Assembly: GCA_964637745.1 (NCBI GenBank)
Contig: CAZWYB010000002.1
Coordinates: 1 to 34,561, forward strand
Length of the DNA stretch: 34,561 nucleotides
Source of the DNA: an uncultured Pseudomonadota bacterium
GTDB lineage: Bacteria; UBA10199; JACPAL01; GCA-016699445
Direction: 5' to 3'
The position numbers and the translations under genes were made by a program. Within the stretch, counting starts at the first letter, position 1. Each line of letters begins with the position of its first letter. The notes beneath the pieces were generated by a model that was not told where the DNA came from, ran no database searches, and saw only the letters and a program-made list of their open reading frames with translations. Shown one piece after another: positions 33,555 through 34,561 of the stretch.

Positions 33555-34334
33555 CTAAAAAGTTGGATTCGCCGGAAGAGAGGCCGGAACGGACAAATCC
33601 CCTGCAGACGCGAAGGGAAGGAAAGTAAGGTCGTCGATTGAGAGCCCTGCCCCAAGGCACTCTGCGAGATCCGCTCTGTTTCCGGTCGAGATCAAGGCAC
33701 AGACGTCGGAGAAACTTTTTTCAAAACCGAACGAGGTAACATTTTGTGCGTCGACAGTCCCATTCCAAAAGTCTTGATCCTCAAGGAACCGGTTGAAAAA
33801 ATGAAGGGTGCCATCCGGGACATCGTTTAAGTCGTCGCTCGCCCGCAAAGCCGTAGACGCAATGAGGGTCTTGAGAGCGCTGTCCTCCGGACCTTTCTGT
33901 GTGAAAAAAGAATGGCCGGAGACAGACTCTCCGCTTTCAGCATGAAAGTGAGCGAAGAGCTCGGACGATTGATCCTGCGTGTTCTGATAATCGTAGGTCT
34001 GAACGATGGTGACGCCTCCGAGTTCCGTGCTGAAAATGGCCAGCTGTCCGGTCCCAGAACTGGCCGTGGTCGGGAAGGAGGAAAAAAACCCAGCCAAGCG
34101 CGTCTTCGTTATCCCCTGATCCTGGACCCAAATACGAAAACAGATCGGAAGGAAGGCGGTATTGCCGGAGCACCCAAGCTTGCGACCGTTCGAGTCCGGG
34201 TAATCGGAAAAATCAATCTTGACGTCCAAGGTCCCCGTCCCGGGAGGCTCCTTCAGAATCCTTCGCGTGAGTGTCCTTGTCTGCGCGCTCGCCGGAATAT
34301 TGAATTGACGAAGCGGGCTGATGAAGGCCGTCAA
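33555..34334 (-). CDS. Hypothetical protein
   Basis: A 259-aa ORF beginning at TTG. The frame is open upstream to 34463 but has no ATG, GTG or TTG there. I saw no signal peptide and no recognisable motif. It is convergent with the repeat protein gene. Confidence 0.45.
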   Translation of the reverse strand: MTAFISPLRQFNIPASAQTRTLTRRILKEPPGTGTLDVKIDFSDYPDSNGRKLGCSGNTAFLPICFRIWVQDQGITKTRLAGFFSSFPTTASSGTGQLAIFSTELGGVTIVQTYDYQNTQDQSSELFAHFHAESGESVSGHSFFTQKGPEDSALKTLIASTALRASDDLNDVPDGTLHFFNRFLEDQDFWNGTVDAQNVTSFGFEKSFSDVCALISTGNRADLAECLGAGLSIDDLTFLPFASAGDLSVPASLPANPTF

Positions 34335-34514
34335 CGCGGCGTTAAAATTCTGAAAGTGATCGCCGCAAGCTCCGATCTCATTTGAAAATTCGCCCCCCGC
34401 TCCAACAAAGGCGGCTTGAGAAGAACTCGTCGGCTCATGGGCGATCTTGAAGACGCTAAAAAATCATTAATTATCTAAAATTCCTGTTTTCTCTCAGAAA
34501 ACAATATGACTGAC

Positions 34515-34553
34515 CCGGGACATGGGTAACATTTTGGACCGGGGACATGGGTG
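34515..34553. repeat. Two copies of GGGACATGGGTRAC spaced 25 nt apart at the window edge
   Basis: 34515-34528 reads GGGACATGGGTAAC and 34540-34553 reads GGGACATGGGTGAC. The window ends at 34561, so any further copies cannot be seen. Confidence 0.5.
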
Positions 34554-34561
34554 ACGCTTTC

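Overview
This window is a GC-rich bacterial chromosomal segment, and almost all of its genes are on the minus strand. Housekeeping genes sit at both ends. At the left are lysS and a FadD-like acyl-CoA ligase. At the right are prfB (with its programmed +1 frameshift), lnt, ybeY, a sensor kinase, a 7TM-HD hydrolase, phoH and a YjbQ-like gene. Between them (4888-22139) is a roughly 17-kb co-directional array that I could not assign to any described system. It holds six highly diverged, paralogous, cysteine-rich lipoproteins, a TolB/PD40-like propeller lipoprotein, and a membrane enzyme that aligns closely with eukaryotic vitamin-K-dependent gamma-glutamyl carboxylase (HTTM/VKGC family). Other notable items: (1) a GEMM-I (c-di-GMP-I) type riboswitch with an intrinsic terminator lies upstream of an 880-aa secreted protein built from Dictyostelium-CTDC-like and ADAM/disintegrin-like Cys repeats. 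(2) The histidine kinase in the phoH-ybeY-lnt operon has an N-terminus that matches the plant ETR1 ethylene-binding domain, including the Cu-ligand Cys and His. (3) An AAA+ (DUF4143-type) ATPase gene is flanked by two diverged 81-bp copies of the acyl-CoA ligase 3-prime end. No rRNA, tRNA, CRISPR array, transposase or integrase was seen. All family assignments come from motif reading and remembered reference sequences; no database search was run.
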